Shown in pieces: positions 54,621 to 64,000 of a DNA stretch of 64,000 bases (positions are counted from its first letter, which is position 1; each line of letters begins with the position of its first letter). Source of the DNA: a virus (lineage: Duplodnaviria > Caudoviricetes); IMG/VR virus record IMGVR_UViG_3300025087_000689, one strand, 5' to 3'. A program made the translations under genes and the position numbers. The notes below the pieces were generated by a model. The model worked only from the letters and a program-made list of their open reading frames with translations, had not been told where the DNA came from and searched no databases.

Positions 54621-57600
54621 TGGCTGATCAGTTAGATCGTAATGATATCTATAGTGCTGAGATAGAACAACCTCAGTCCGAAGGTTTATCATTAAAAAAG
54701 ATTGGAATGGATCTTGCCAAGTTCACGCTTGGTATGGCCGTATTACATAAAGCCACTGGTTTTGCCGCCAAATCTATCTTTAATAGAGTAAGTGGAACAA
54801 CAAGATTAGCACCTGGTATCAGTAAAGCTTTGGGTAAACCAATCGGTGAACTATCTCAAAGTATTACGTTGGGTAAGTTGGCAAGTGGTACTTTGGGTGC
54901 ATTTGCTGAGAATCCAGCAATGGGAAAATCTCTATCTAATGCATCGAAAATTCTTCTAGCTGGTCAACGTACTGGGATAAATCTTGGTCGACAGATGATG
55001 CAATCTAAGAATGTAGGTATTAAAGCTTTAGGTTATGTTGGAAAATACTATACAAAAACTCTACCAGTAGCTGCCGGTTTTTACGCTATCAGTAAACCTT
55101 TAGGATTAGATGAAGGAGATAGACCGTCTTGGTATAATGTTCCTGGTCACGTAGCCGCTATAGGAAAGTTAACAGCTGAATTTGCTGCATTTGATGGTGC
55201 TCTGGTTGGACTCAAAAAAGGTACCAGTTTAGCAGCAAATAAAATTATATCAAAGTTACAGTATAAAGATAATCCAGGATTATATAGAGTACTAGATAAA
55301 ACTTTTGGCATGAGAAGAACAGTTAATGGTGCGGAACCTGGTTCTTTTATGAATAAAGTAATGCAAACATCAGCTGTTTTAGATGGTATACGACGTGCTG
55401 GAGCCGCTAGATCTGCACATGTATCAAGAGCAGTTGGTAATTTATGGGGAAATAAATTAGCTAAAGAGGCTCAATATTCTCCAATGTATGATATGAGACG
55501 TAAAGAATTTTACACGGACTTAAAAGAAAGAGTAAAATTAGGTTTTAAAAGTGGTTATGATAGTAGAGTATCCAAGGTTAAGGGTTTCGATAGCACTTAT
55601 GCTACAGCAGCATTAGATTCATTGACTGGAATAATGGCAAAACATCTTAATCAAGATCCAAAAATCTTTTCTAAAAGCGTGGTCGATAATGCAAACGATG
55701 TAGTAATGCAATTAACTAATAAACCACTTCCTAAAGGATTCGCTGGTCAATTCAAAAAAGTTTTAGACGCAAAACATAAGATAGCTGGAAGATCGATGGG
55801 CAGTAGTGTAGGTCGTGGATTTGCAACAGTAGAAGATGTCTTAGCGAATAATGCAACACAAAGATCATTTTCTAATAAGTTATGGAATGCTATAAGAGCT
55901 GGTGCTGATGATTTGGCAAAACCCGAAATAGATAATCTTCAAAAATCATTTCTTGGAATGTATGCTGGTAAAAATGTAGTTAAAGGTTCTCATGGAAGTA
56001 TTATAGATTATAGTATGTACACACCAAGAAATATGCTTGGTGCTATTACTAATTTTATAACACCTGGTCTTAATTTTACAATTCCTTTCACTGGTGGTAA
56101 AACTCTTCCAATTGGTAAATTTCTAGGTTTAGAAAGATATTTAACTAAAGAGGGTTTAAATATTGGATCTATTGGAACTCATGATCAACAATATTATAAA
56201 GATACTATTACTGGTCATATGAGAAGGGTTGGTGTTCAGAGTGGAACTACATCTGGATTAGGAGGAGTTTTAATTGATGGTGAATTATTTATTCATGATC
56301 AGGTAGAAGGGTTAATTAAAGCTAATGCTCCAAAAATGAAGTTGATTGAGTCGTCTCCTTATGCTAGTGAATCTGTCTTATATAAGTTACATGCCGATGC
56401 TGCTACTCGTGGTAATAAAGATAGTATTAAGATAATTCAAGAACTAGAAGAAAAATCACAATCAGGTGGTGGTATTTTTCAGAAATTTGGAAAGTTTATA
56501 CAAAATCGAGGACTTCAGACTCCAGATCTATTAAGTTCTCTATCGGCCAAAATACAATCTAGTTTTGGTATTGGCCCAAAAACTATGGGTGTAAAACACG
56601 CAGCCGAATATATACTTGGCACGAAATCAGCATCTAATATAAGTAAAGCTGATTTTAATAGTTTGTTATCTACTATTCCTTATCTTGGTGAACAGTCCAG
56701 TAAGAATTTATATGGTGCTTTATCCAATCCTAGAATGCTTCGAGCAATGGGTAAGTTGGCATCTCAAAATGGATATGGTAAAAACCATGTTGGAAAATTC
56801 GAAGAGTTATCCACATTGATGGGGCGTTCAGATGATGATATGATGGCTTTTATTAGAAAGAATAGAGCTTTCGAAGACGATAGTGAAATGCAATATGCAT
56901 TAAAAGCATTTGATAAAAATCGTTATGGGTTTGACGATCCTGTTGGTTTTAAATTTGGTAAAATGCCTCTAAGTAATAAAACAAATCTACATAGGCAATT
57001 AATAGAACAGGCTATGGGAAAAGTATATGGTTTGGGAGCACAGGGTGGATCCACTTTTAACTTTGCCGCTGATATGCTTAAAAACAATGATATACTTGGA
57101 ATGTTTAGTAAAGAAGAGGTCAGAGATCTACGTATGGTCGCCACTAATATAGATCTACATACAGGTGGTTTTTTAAATAAATCTGGCACCTATTTTAGTA
57201 AAGAAGGCGAATCACAAACTAAAGCTGTAGATATTATTAGTAAATATCTTGGTAATGAAAGAGCTTATCTTGAAAAAAGTTTGTATGATACACCATTAAT
57301 TCATGGAATAGGTTTATTTTCTGGTGGTAGAAAAGCCGCAGGACTGGATAGAATACGTCTTTCTGAGTCATTAGAAGCACAACAGAAACGCGAAAATCCT
57401 TTTAATAGAGACTACGCACATGGCACAGATCTATTAGTTGAACAAAGTGGAGGTTTTCTTAGAACTATAAATTACTATATTGATAAAGTCATGTCTATGG
57501 GTACCCATTTCGGACTTAAATATGGTATGAAGGAAAGAGGAGACGGGTATATAACTTTAGGAAAAGGACTTACGAGTTTTTTACCAAAAAGTGCTCCGGT

Positions 57601-60600
57601 ATTTACAAAGAATATTCTTGAGAAAGTAACTAATAAGAAATATTATATTGGTGGTCCTTTAAAACAATTATCTCGTAGAGTGGCTCAAGGTGTTGGTGTA
57701 TTAGCTGCAGCACAGGCTTTAGATACGTTTGTAGACGTCAATCCATTATTTGATGGTACTGCTTTTGATAATGGTATCTTTGTTCCAGTAGCTGAAACTT
57801 ATGCTAAAGCAAGTATGGCTTTTCATAAGGTACAAGATCTAACTGGTATTACCGAGGCCGCTAAATATTTAGATGGTCTTATGCCTGGTTCTTTATCTAC
57901 TATTCCTGGTATGATTATAGGTGGTATGAGTAGAGGTCCTCTTGGTATACTAGGTGGAGCTGTTATTAATAGGGCCATGGACGCCGTTGGTTTATACCCT
58001 AAGTTTGATAAATCTTACGATGAAATGGCCGGAATGTATTCTGGTAGAGAGTTGGTACCTGTAAGACGGAATAGATTTTGGTTATTTGGTAAGTCACCAT
58101 ATGAAGGCGATGGTCCATCTTATTTTAGACCTCACTGGCTACCAAGATTAAGATCTCAATATAAGTATACGGATACATTATATGGTTCGAAAGCAGAAGC
58201 ATTTATATTTAAACCATGGGTTGGGCTAGGATTTAATCCTTTAGGTCATATAATAGATAAATATCACCACGAGAAGACACATTATTGGGATAGACCTTAT
58301 CCTGTTACTTCTGCGGCATTTACTGATACTATTATAGGTGGTCCTATTTTAAGTGCCACGATAGGTAGGTTACCTATTATTGGTAAACCGATTAAGTATA
58401 TGCATGAAGAAGAAATGTCTGGTTATTATTCGAAACAAGGTAATACAACATCAGTGGATGGTGAATTGGCTACGTCTCATATGGCTAATGCCGATGCAAC
58501 AGATCAATTATTATATATGAATAAAAAGGCTAACTTGGCTGCAGATCAAAGTTTATATGGTCAAAGACCAAAGAGTTTGAATCCTTATGGTGTAATGAAT
58601 GTACTAGGTGAACAGATGTATAATTTTACAGAATTTGCCGGATTACCTGGTTATAAACTTGAAACTCTTATGGGTGGTCATCCAGGTGATTTTAATCCAA
58701 GATTTAGTACATCAAATGAAATGACATCAGTACGTAGAGCTTTCTGGGATCTTAATATGGGTGATTATTTTGCATCGAGTGAGTTTTTTCGTAGATTTGT
58801 TCCCAAAGAAAAAAAGGTTTGGGAGAAGGTAAATCCTCTCAGAAATAAGATGTCATCTTGGTTACCTAGTCAGGAGGGGGATTATTTTGTTGACTTTTTA
58901 ACGGGAGATGCGTTCTGTGTCAGTAAGAATACTTTCGTTAATATAAATCATATCTATATAAAAGCAGAATTTGTTAAAGTAAATGATATTATATATACAC
59001 ATAAAGGAAATTATTTACCTGTTAAAAATATTGTAAAAAGACCTATTTTAAAAAATGAAAAATGTTACTCTTTAAAAGTTGCCGGTATAAATAACATATC
59101 ATTAGAATTTTCTCAAGAACATCCATTGTATATTAAAAAAATAAGTTATTGTAGTTTTGGTTCTTCTTGTATTTGTCGTCCCATTAGAAATATTAATAGT
59201 TTTTGTGATAGTATAAATAATAATAAATGGTCTGGTAGAGGAAGACCACCAAATGGCTGTAAAAATACATGGATAAAAGAAGATATAAAATTTATACCAA
59301 TTAAAGATGTAGATGTAAATTCTTATCTTGTATATAAAATTCCACAAGAAAACAAAGAAGTTACTTTAAATTATGTTTATTTACAAAGAGATAACACCAG
59401 ATCATCGGAATATAAAGTTAATGGTTCGATATTATTAGATGAAGATTTATCGTGGGTTTTAGGATTATATTTATCAGAAGGTTCAACGGGAAAAAATAAA
59501 TCTAAAAAACCACTACAATTAATTTTTTCAATGAATAAAAATGAAGTTGGTGTACAAGAACAAATTAATGAAATTATATATAAGAAATTTGAAATTAAAG
59601 GTACTTTAAAAATAAAAGATGAATCATCCGAATTAGTATTTTCATCGACTAAATTAGCACAAATTTTTGCAAATTGGATACCTGGAAATTTATATGAAAA
59701 AAATATACCTGATTTTATTTTTACTACTAATAATAACAATAAGTTGGCTTTCTTATTTGGTTGTTATTTAGGAGATGGTTATATATCAAATAAACGTTTA
59801 AGTTATGAATGTGCTAATCAGAATATAGTATTTGGTTTAAGAAGATTGTCTTTTGAATTAGGTATACCAGCTTCTTATAACGATAGAATTAGATTTGATA
59901 AAAGAACACAAAAAGAAACTAAAAGTTTCATAACAGAAATACATGTATTTTGTATTAAGGATTTTAATTTAAAATATCTTAATTATAAAAAAGATATTAT
60001 TGATTTAAATTTTGATAGATTACCAAATATAGATAACTTTTCAGATAGTAATTATATCTATCAAAAAATTATAGGTAAAGAAGAAATACAACTCGATTAT
60101 GTTTATGGATTTGAAGTAGATAATGATGATTCTTTTTGTGTTATGGATTTTGCAACTCATAATACAAAAATATCCGAAGGGGAGATACGTCTTCCGGGTT
60201 CAGCATATGATAAATTATATGATGTTAAGAGAACGTTCCCAGGAAGGGCTAGTTCCCTCGGAAAATCAGTAAATGACCTAGTTAAAGGAATGGTTGGATT
60301 TGATCCACCTGATACGGAAGATGCAGAAGATATTATGGCTACTGGCACAGCAATGCACAGGTATATTCAAGACTCTATGATTAGAAATAACATCGGTTAT
60401 AAGGCCGAACAATTAGTATATGATGCTAAAGAAGATATCAGCGGTCACATTGACTTACTTATGTATGATCCTTATCGTAAGGGTGGTAAGCGACCATTAG
60501 AAATTAAAACAATTAATGCAAAGGGATTTGGTAAACTTAAAGGACCCCATTCTAATCACATAAGTCAATTAAACTTCTATTTAAGACAAATGCAAATGGA

Positions 60601-62092
60601 AGTAGGTACTATATTATATATTAATAGAGATGATCCAACGCAAATTAGGACATTTGATGTGAGATATAACGAGGAAAGATTTAGACGAGATGTTCAAGAT
60701 TTGAGAAAAGCTCGGACTATCGCAGCTCAACTTATGACTAGTGGCAAGGGATTTGAGAATGGTGCTAGCTATAGTTGGCTAGATAGATATAGAATATTAG
60801 GTGATGTGGCTCCATATTCTAATGAATATAAACAAGCCGGTGAAATTGTTGCTTTACAACTTCGTGCTAATAGGTTACCTGAATCAGCTAAGGATGAGGT
60901 AAGAAAAATCAAACAACATAGAAAATCCGTAATGCGAAAGTTTGATCTCTATCCGACTAGATTTAGAAATAGAGTATTTAATCCGGATGTTAACTATGAA
61001 TTACAGTCTGAGAATACCAATATTAAAGCGGCTGCCGAATATAGTTTTGGAGAGAGGGTATTAGGATCTATTTGGGAACGTGCTATTCAAATGGATACTC
61101 CACTTAATACTAAGTTATGGAGTTATAGATCACCTCTACAACATTATCAAAGAACCAAATTATATGGAACCGATTCTGCTTCTTGGAATAGACCGTATCA
61201 AGATCTTATCAAACCAATGTTTACCAAGGCTTTATCTGCTGATAATCCAATGGACGCAGCTGCTTCTTTTGGTTGGATCGGAGCTATAGGTTTGGGTGGT
61301 ATGGGTAATATGGGTATTCCTGGTGCTGTATTTGGTGGTTTATATGGTGCTGCACGTTCATTAGTTGGTAATGATGCTTGGATTCCAGATGAAGTAAATA
61401 AAAAAAGAGAGATAGAGCGTACTTTTGATCAACTTAAGTATGTTAAAAATATGGAATTATATAATCAAACAGGAGATGAAAGATATCAGACGGCTGCAAG
61501 TGAGACTCTTTGGAATATTAGTCATAGCGGATATCAAGTCGGTGTTAGACAAGCAATGAGATCTATTTCATCCTTTGAAAAACCATACTTTCTAACTTGG
61601 ATGAAAGAAACCAATCCTATAGAAAGAGAAAATATTTTAGAACATGTACCAGAAGAGGTTGGTAATTTATTAAAGGCTAAGTGGGGTATGTCCTATGACT
61701 TACCTAAACCATCAAAATATGAAATGATGATACCAAATTCAGATTGGGAAGGATTATTACCAAACGATAATCTTGATGATATTAAATATAAAACTATTAA
61801 TCAGGAAGGTTTAAGAGCTAACGATTTTGGAATGGGCTGGTATGATCAACAAAGAAGGACGGCAACTTCTCAGTTTGAACTTAATCCAATTGAAAATCCC
61901 AACGATATCCTATCGTCTAATAACGTAGCAAGTAGAATTAAATCTGCATTAATGAGGACATTAGGAACTTATGTGAGAAGACCATTAATTAGTATTTCTA
62001 TTACACCCGGAGGATCGGATTCGGTAAAATTAAATATTCGTTTAATGCGAGACAGATTTAATGATATTAAAGAAGCATTAAGGACCAGATAA
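54620..62092 (+). CDS. Giant tape-measure-position virion protein with intein and PD-(D/E)XK nuclease domain
   Basis: 2490 aa after chaperones; Gly/Ala/Lys-rich with hydrophobic helices; G..MH..E..SGHID..EIKT..H.SQ..FY. Confidence 0.75.
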   Translation: MADQLDRNDIYSAEIEQPQSEGLSLKKIGMDLAKFTLGMAVLHKATGFAAKSIFNRVSGTTRLAPGISKALGKPIGELSQSITLGKLASGTLGAFAENPAMGKSLSNASKILLAGQRTGINLGRQMMQSKNVGIKALGYVGKYYTKTLPVAAGFYAISKPLGLDEGDRPSWYNVPGHVAAIGKLTAEFAAFDGALVGLKKGTSLAANKIISKLQYKDNPGLYRVLDKTFGMRRTVNGAEPGSFMNKVMQTSAVLDGIRRAGAARSAHVSRAVGNLWGNKLAKEAQYSPMYDMRRKEFYTDLKERVKLGFKSGYDSRVSKVKGFDSTYATAALDSLTGIMAKHLNQDPKIFSKSVVDNANDVVMQLTNKPLPKGFAGQFKKVLDAKHKIAGRSMGSSVGRGFATVEDVLANNATQRSFSNKLWNAIRAGADDLAKPEIDNLQKSFLGMYAGKNVVKGSHGSIIDYSMYTPRNMLGAITNFITPGLNFTIPFTGGKTLPIGKFLGLERYLTKEGLNIGSIGTHDQQYYKDTITGHMRRVGVQSGTTSGLGGVLIDGELFIHDQVEGLIKANAPKMKLIESSPYASESVLYKLHADAATRGNKDSIKIIQELEEKSQSGGGIFQKFGKFIQNRGLQTPDLLSSLSAKIQSSFGIGPKTMGVKHAAEYILGTKSASNISKADFNSLLSTIPYLGEQSSKNLYGALSNPRMLRAMGKLASQNGYGKNHVGKFEELSTLMGRSDDDMMAFIRKNRAFEDDSEMQYALKAFDKNRYGFDDPVGFKFGKMPLSNKTNLHRQLIEQAMGKVYGLGAQGGSTFNFAADMLKNNDILGMFSKEEVRDLRMVATNIDLHTGGFLNKSGTYFSKEGESQTKAVDIISKYLGNERAYLEKSLYDTPLIHGIGLFSGGRKAAGLDRIRLSESLEAQQKRENPFNRDYAHGTDLLVEQSGGFLRTINYYIDKVMSMGTHFGLKYGMKERGDGYITLGKGLTSFLPKSAPVFTKNILEKVTNKKYYIGGPLKQLSRRVAQGVGVLAAAQALDTFVDVNPLFDGTAFDNGIFVPVAETYAKASMAFHKVQDLTGITEAAKYLDGLMPGSLSTIPGMIIGGMSRGPLGILGGAVINRAMDAVGLYPKFDKSYDEMAGMYSGRELVPVRRNRFWLFGKSPYEGDGPSYFRPHWLPRLRSQYKYTDTLYGSKAEAFIFKPWVGLGFNPLGHIIDKYHHEKTHYWDRPYPVTSAAFTDTIIGGPILSATIGRLPIIGKPIKYMHEEEMSGYYSKQGNTTSVDGELATSHMANADATDQLLYMNKKANLAADQSLYGQRPKSLNPYGVMNVLGEQMYNFTEFAGLPGYKLETLMGGHPGDFNPRFSTSNEMTSVRRAFWDLNMGDYFASSEFFRRFVPKEKKVWEKVNPLRNKMSSWLPSQEGDYFVDFLTGDAFCVSKNTFVNINHIYIKAEFVKVNDIIYTHKGNYLPVKNIVKRPILKNEKCYSLKVAGINNISLEFSQEHPLYIKKISYCSFGSSCICRPIRNINSFCDSINNNKWSGRGRPPNGCKNTWIKEDIKFIPIKDVDVNSYLVYKIPQENKEVTLNYVYLQRDNTRSSEYKVNGSILLDEDLSWVLGLYLSEGSTGKNKSKKPLQLIFSMNKNEVGVQEQINEIIYKKFEIKGTLKIKDESSELVFSSTKLAQIFANWIPGNLYEKNIPDFIFTTNNNNKLAFLFGCYLGDGYISNKRLSYECANQNIVFGLRRLSFELGIPASYNDRIRFDKRTQKETKSFITEIHVFCIKDFNLKYLNYKKDIIDLNFDRLPNIDNFSDSNYIYQKIIGKEEIQLDYVYGFEVDNDDSFCVMDFATHNTKISEGEIRLPGSAYDKLYDVKRTFPGRASSLGKSVNDLVKGMVGFDPPDTEDAEDIMATGTAMHRYIQDSMIRNNIGYKAEQLVYDAKEDISGHIDLLMYDPYRKGGKRPLEIKTINAKGFGKLKGPHSNHISQLNFYLRQMQMEVGTILYINRDDPTQIRTFDVRYNEERFRRDVQDLRKARTIAAQLMTSGKGFENGASYSWLDRYRILGDVAPYSNEYKQAGEIVALQLRANRLPESAKDEVRKIKQHRKSVMRKFDLYPTRFRNRVFNPDVNYELQSENTNIKAAAEYSFGERVLGSIWERAIQMDTPLNTKLWSYRSPLQHYQRTKLYGTDSASWNRPYQDLIKPMFTKALSADNPMDAAASFGWIGAIGLGGMGNMGIPGAVFGGLYGAARSLVGNDAWIPDEVNKKREIERTFDQLKYVKNMELYNQTGDERYQTAASETLWNISHSGYQVGVRQAMRSISSFEKPYFLTWMKETNPIERENILEHVPEEVGNLLKAKWGMSYDLPKPSKYEMMIPNSDWEGLLPNDNLDDIKYKTINQEGLRANDFGMGWYDQQRRTATSQFELNPIENPNDILSSNNVASRIKSALMRTLGTYVRRPLISISITPGGSDSVKLNIRLMRDRFNDIKEALRTR
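58916..60163 (+). mobile_element. Intein (416 aa) with LAGLIDADG endonuclease
   Basis: CVSKNT start, EHPL block B, GLYLSEG and YLGDG, VYGFEVDNDDSF..THN followed by Thr. Confidence 0.92.
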
Positions 62093-64000
62093 TGGCTGAT
62101 AATTTAAGCGACGATATACTTGGTAATGATAACGATGTGAGTCCTCTATCAAGAGGAGTTTCTGTTGCAGGTTTGGTTACAGCTGGATTAGGTTTTCCAA
62201 GTTTATGGAAAACTTTTAAAGAGAAATATCCCAAAGGTATTGATATATTTGCTAATAGATTTACTAAAAATCAACCAACTGAGATTGAATTACAACATGC
62301 TATAAGTAAAACTATTTTTGAAAAATCTCTAGATTCTTCGCATTTGATTAAAAGTATAATGGATAAACCAGTTCTTTTTGATGAAAGATATGACAAAACT
62401 AATACTTCAACATGGGCACAGATGCAACGTAAGAGAAGACGTTTTGAACTTATAACATCTCCAGAGGGTAATCAAATAGAACAACTAGAGAACATGATTC
62501 AGAAAGCATCGAAGGATTTAGATATTATCGCTAATGATGAGGCATTACAGGTATACAGAAAAGAAGCAGTTGCTTTATATATACGTGAAATAGGAGAGAA
62601 AGAATTTCTTGGTAAGTTTCCATTAATGACCGGTTTTGTCAATGGATTAAAATCCGGTGCCATGATGAACACAGCCGATGTTAATAAAATATTTACAGAA
62701 GTTCTATCCCAAGGTAATTCTAATCTTTTAAATAGTTTATATAGAGATTTATTAAAATATGGACGCTCTGATAATGCTACTCTTTTAGCGTCCAGAAGTA
62801 AGATTGTTAAGTTACTGGATCGCCCGTCTAAATATCAAGGTCGACTTAATATTAATCAACCAACTAAAATCGACAAGAACTTCTATGAATTTCATGCATC
62901 GAAGTATAAAACAGGTGAATTGTTCGCGGAAGAAGTTATGGGGACGGTTCATCAAAAGATAGAATGGTCGGCGGAAAATAGAGCTAATAAAGTAGATCTT
63001 AAATTTAAAAATGTTTTAAAAGAATTATATAATGAGGTCCACAGTGAAAGATCCAGTCTTAAAGGTCCCGGATCCACATTTTCAGTTAGACTTACTAATT
63101 CCGGTGGAACTAGCAATGCTTTAGATAGACTAGAGATCTATTCTATTGATCCTGGTGGAGAAAAAAGAACATTCTTCTTGGATTTACCTAAAAAAGGTTA
63201 TATTAGAGGTGGACAAAGAGTACCTCAAACTTCAATTTATTCAGGTAAAGGTTTTATACCAAGTAATATAATCGAATCACAAGTTGATGGTTTAGCTTCG
63301 AATGTAAAAACTATTGCACACGCTCTCGTTACAGAAACAGATGGTAAACAAGAAGTGGCAAGAGTGCAAAGATGGTTTGACAAACAATTCAAGACAAGTG
63401 ATTTAGCAACCGGTAATACATATCTTGATACAGCAAAACGCGGAATAGTATCTCGTAATGATATGCCATGGTTAAATGCATCTACAAAAGCACTTAAAAA
63501 TAGAGCTAGTGGATTATTAGAATATAATACTTTAAATTATGTTAAGAAAACAGGACAAGATATATTAATTTATGATACTGAGTTCTATACAGGTAGAGCT
63601 GGAATCCAACCACTAGTTAAAACACCACAAGCGGCTAGGTTATATCAGATATCATATAGAAGGGTATCTTCTACAGGAGAAGCTCTCACTCATGGCAATT
63701 ATTATATAAAAGATGCGTCATTTGAAAGATTATATAAAGCGTATAAGAGTGGAACAACTTGTCTTGAATTAGAAAATCTTAAACATGTTTTAAATCAGAC
63801 AGGTAAAGGTACTCCAGAACATCTAGATTGGCTTATAGAAACGATTCAAAAAGAAGGTGTCACGCCTAAACAAGCTTTATCTAGGGTCTTTAATGAAGCG
63901 GGTAAAGGTGCCGCTATTTTAGATTTCGCTGGCAAAGGAGGTTCCGATAGAGCATTAATTGATTATATATCTCCTGAATTTTTAAAAGATAGAACTATGA
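62092..64000 (+). CDS. Second large virion-locus protein (3'-truncated) with DEDD/DnaQ-like exonuclease motifs
   Basis: Frame open from ATG 62092 to window end by my translation; ILIYDTEF..LYQISY..GVTPKQAL..F..AILDF.G..GSDRALI; missing from ORF track. Confidence 0.75.
   Translation, partial: MADNLSDDILGNDNDVSPLSRGVSVAGLVTAGLGFPSLWKTFKEKYPKGIDIFANRFTKNQPTEIELQHAISKTIFEKSLDSSHLIKSIMDKPVLFDERYDKTNTSTWAQMQRKRRRFELITSPEGNQIEQLENMIQKASKDLDIIANDEALQVYRKEAVALYIREIGEKEFLGKFPLMTGFVNGLKSGAMMNTADVNKIFTEVLSQGNSNLLNSLYRDLLKYGRSDNATLLASRSKIVKLLDRPSKYQGRLNINQPTKIDKNFYEFHASKYKTGELFAEEVMGTVHQKIEWSAENRANKVDLKFKNVLKELYNEVHSERSSLKGPGSTFSVRLTNSGGTSNALDRLEIYSIDPGGEKRTFFLDLPKKGYIRGGQRVPQTSIYSGKGFIPSNIIESQVDGLASNVKTIAHALVTETDGKQEVARVQRWFDKQFKTSDLATGNTYLDTAKRGIVSRNDMPWLNASTKALKNRASGLLEYNTLNYVKKTGQDILIYDTEFYTGRAGIQPLVKTPQAARLYQISYRRVSSTGEALTHGNYYIKDASFERLYKAYKSGTTCLELENLKHVLNQTGKGTPEHLDWLIETIQKEGVTPKQALSRVFNEAGKGAAILDFAGKGGSDRALIDYISPEFLKDRTM

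Noticed and set aside
60330-60720. CRISPR-associated Cas4 gene
   Set aside because: No Fe-S cysteines and no cas genes or array nearby; it is a domain of a virion-locus protein
1-64000. Alternative genetic code, tRNA or rRNA genes
   Set aside because: Long genes are uninterrupted under code 11 and TAG and TGA both act as stops; no cloverleaf or rRNA signature was seen by eye

Overview
Fragment of a large tailed-phage genome with a contractile tail (myovirus-like), standard genetic code, organised as two divergent arms. The left arm (1-11.3 kb, minus strand) holds small, mostly unannotatable early-type genes: a SpoVG homologue, a ParB/DUF262-like protein, many Cys-rich micro-proteins and small membrane proteins. 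It also carries dispersed repeated motifs and stretches of alternating purine/pyrimidine DNA. The right arm (11.5-64 kb, plus strand) is a late module: lysis-type genes (PLA2-like, holin-like, M15 peptidase endolysin), terminase large subunit, portal, prohead protease/scaffold, decoration, major capsid, neck and fibre proteins, sheath, three tube-fold paralogues, two chaperones and two giant tape-measure-position proteins. Mobile load is heavy: three LAGLIDADG inteins (TerL, portal, giant protein), four free-standing endonuclease genes and three decayed remnants. Most striking signals: (1) nuclease domains inside the two giant virion proteins (PD-(D/E)XK next to an intein, and a DEDD/DnaQ-like domain); (2) strong Ser-Gly over Gly-Ser enrichment confined to putative outer virion proteins, a possible modification sequon; (3) homologous GIY-YIG remnants bracketing a fibre gene; (4) alternating R/Y DNA near the polarity switch. 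No tRNA, rRNA or CRISPR array was seen. All family assignments come from motifs recognised by eye, not database searches.
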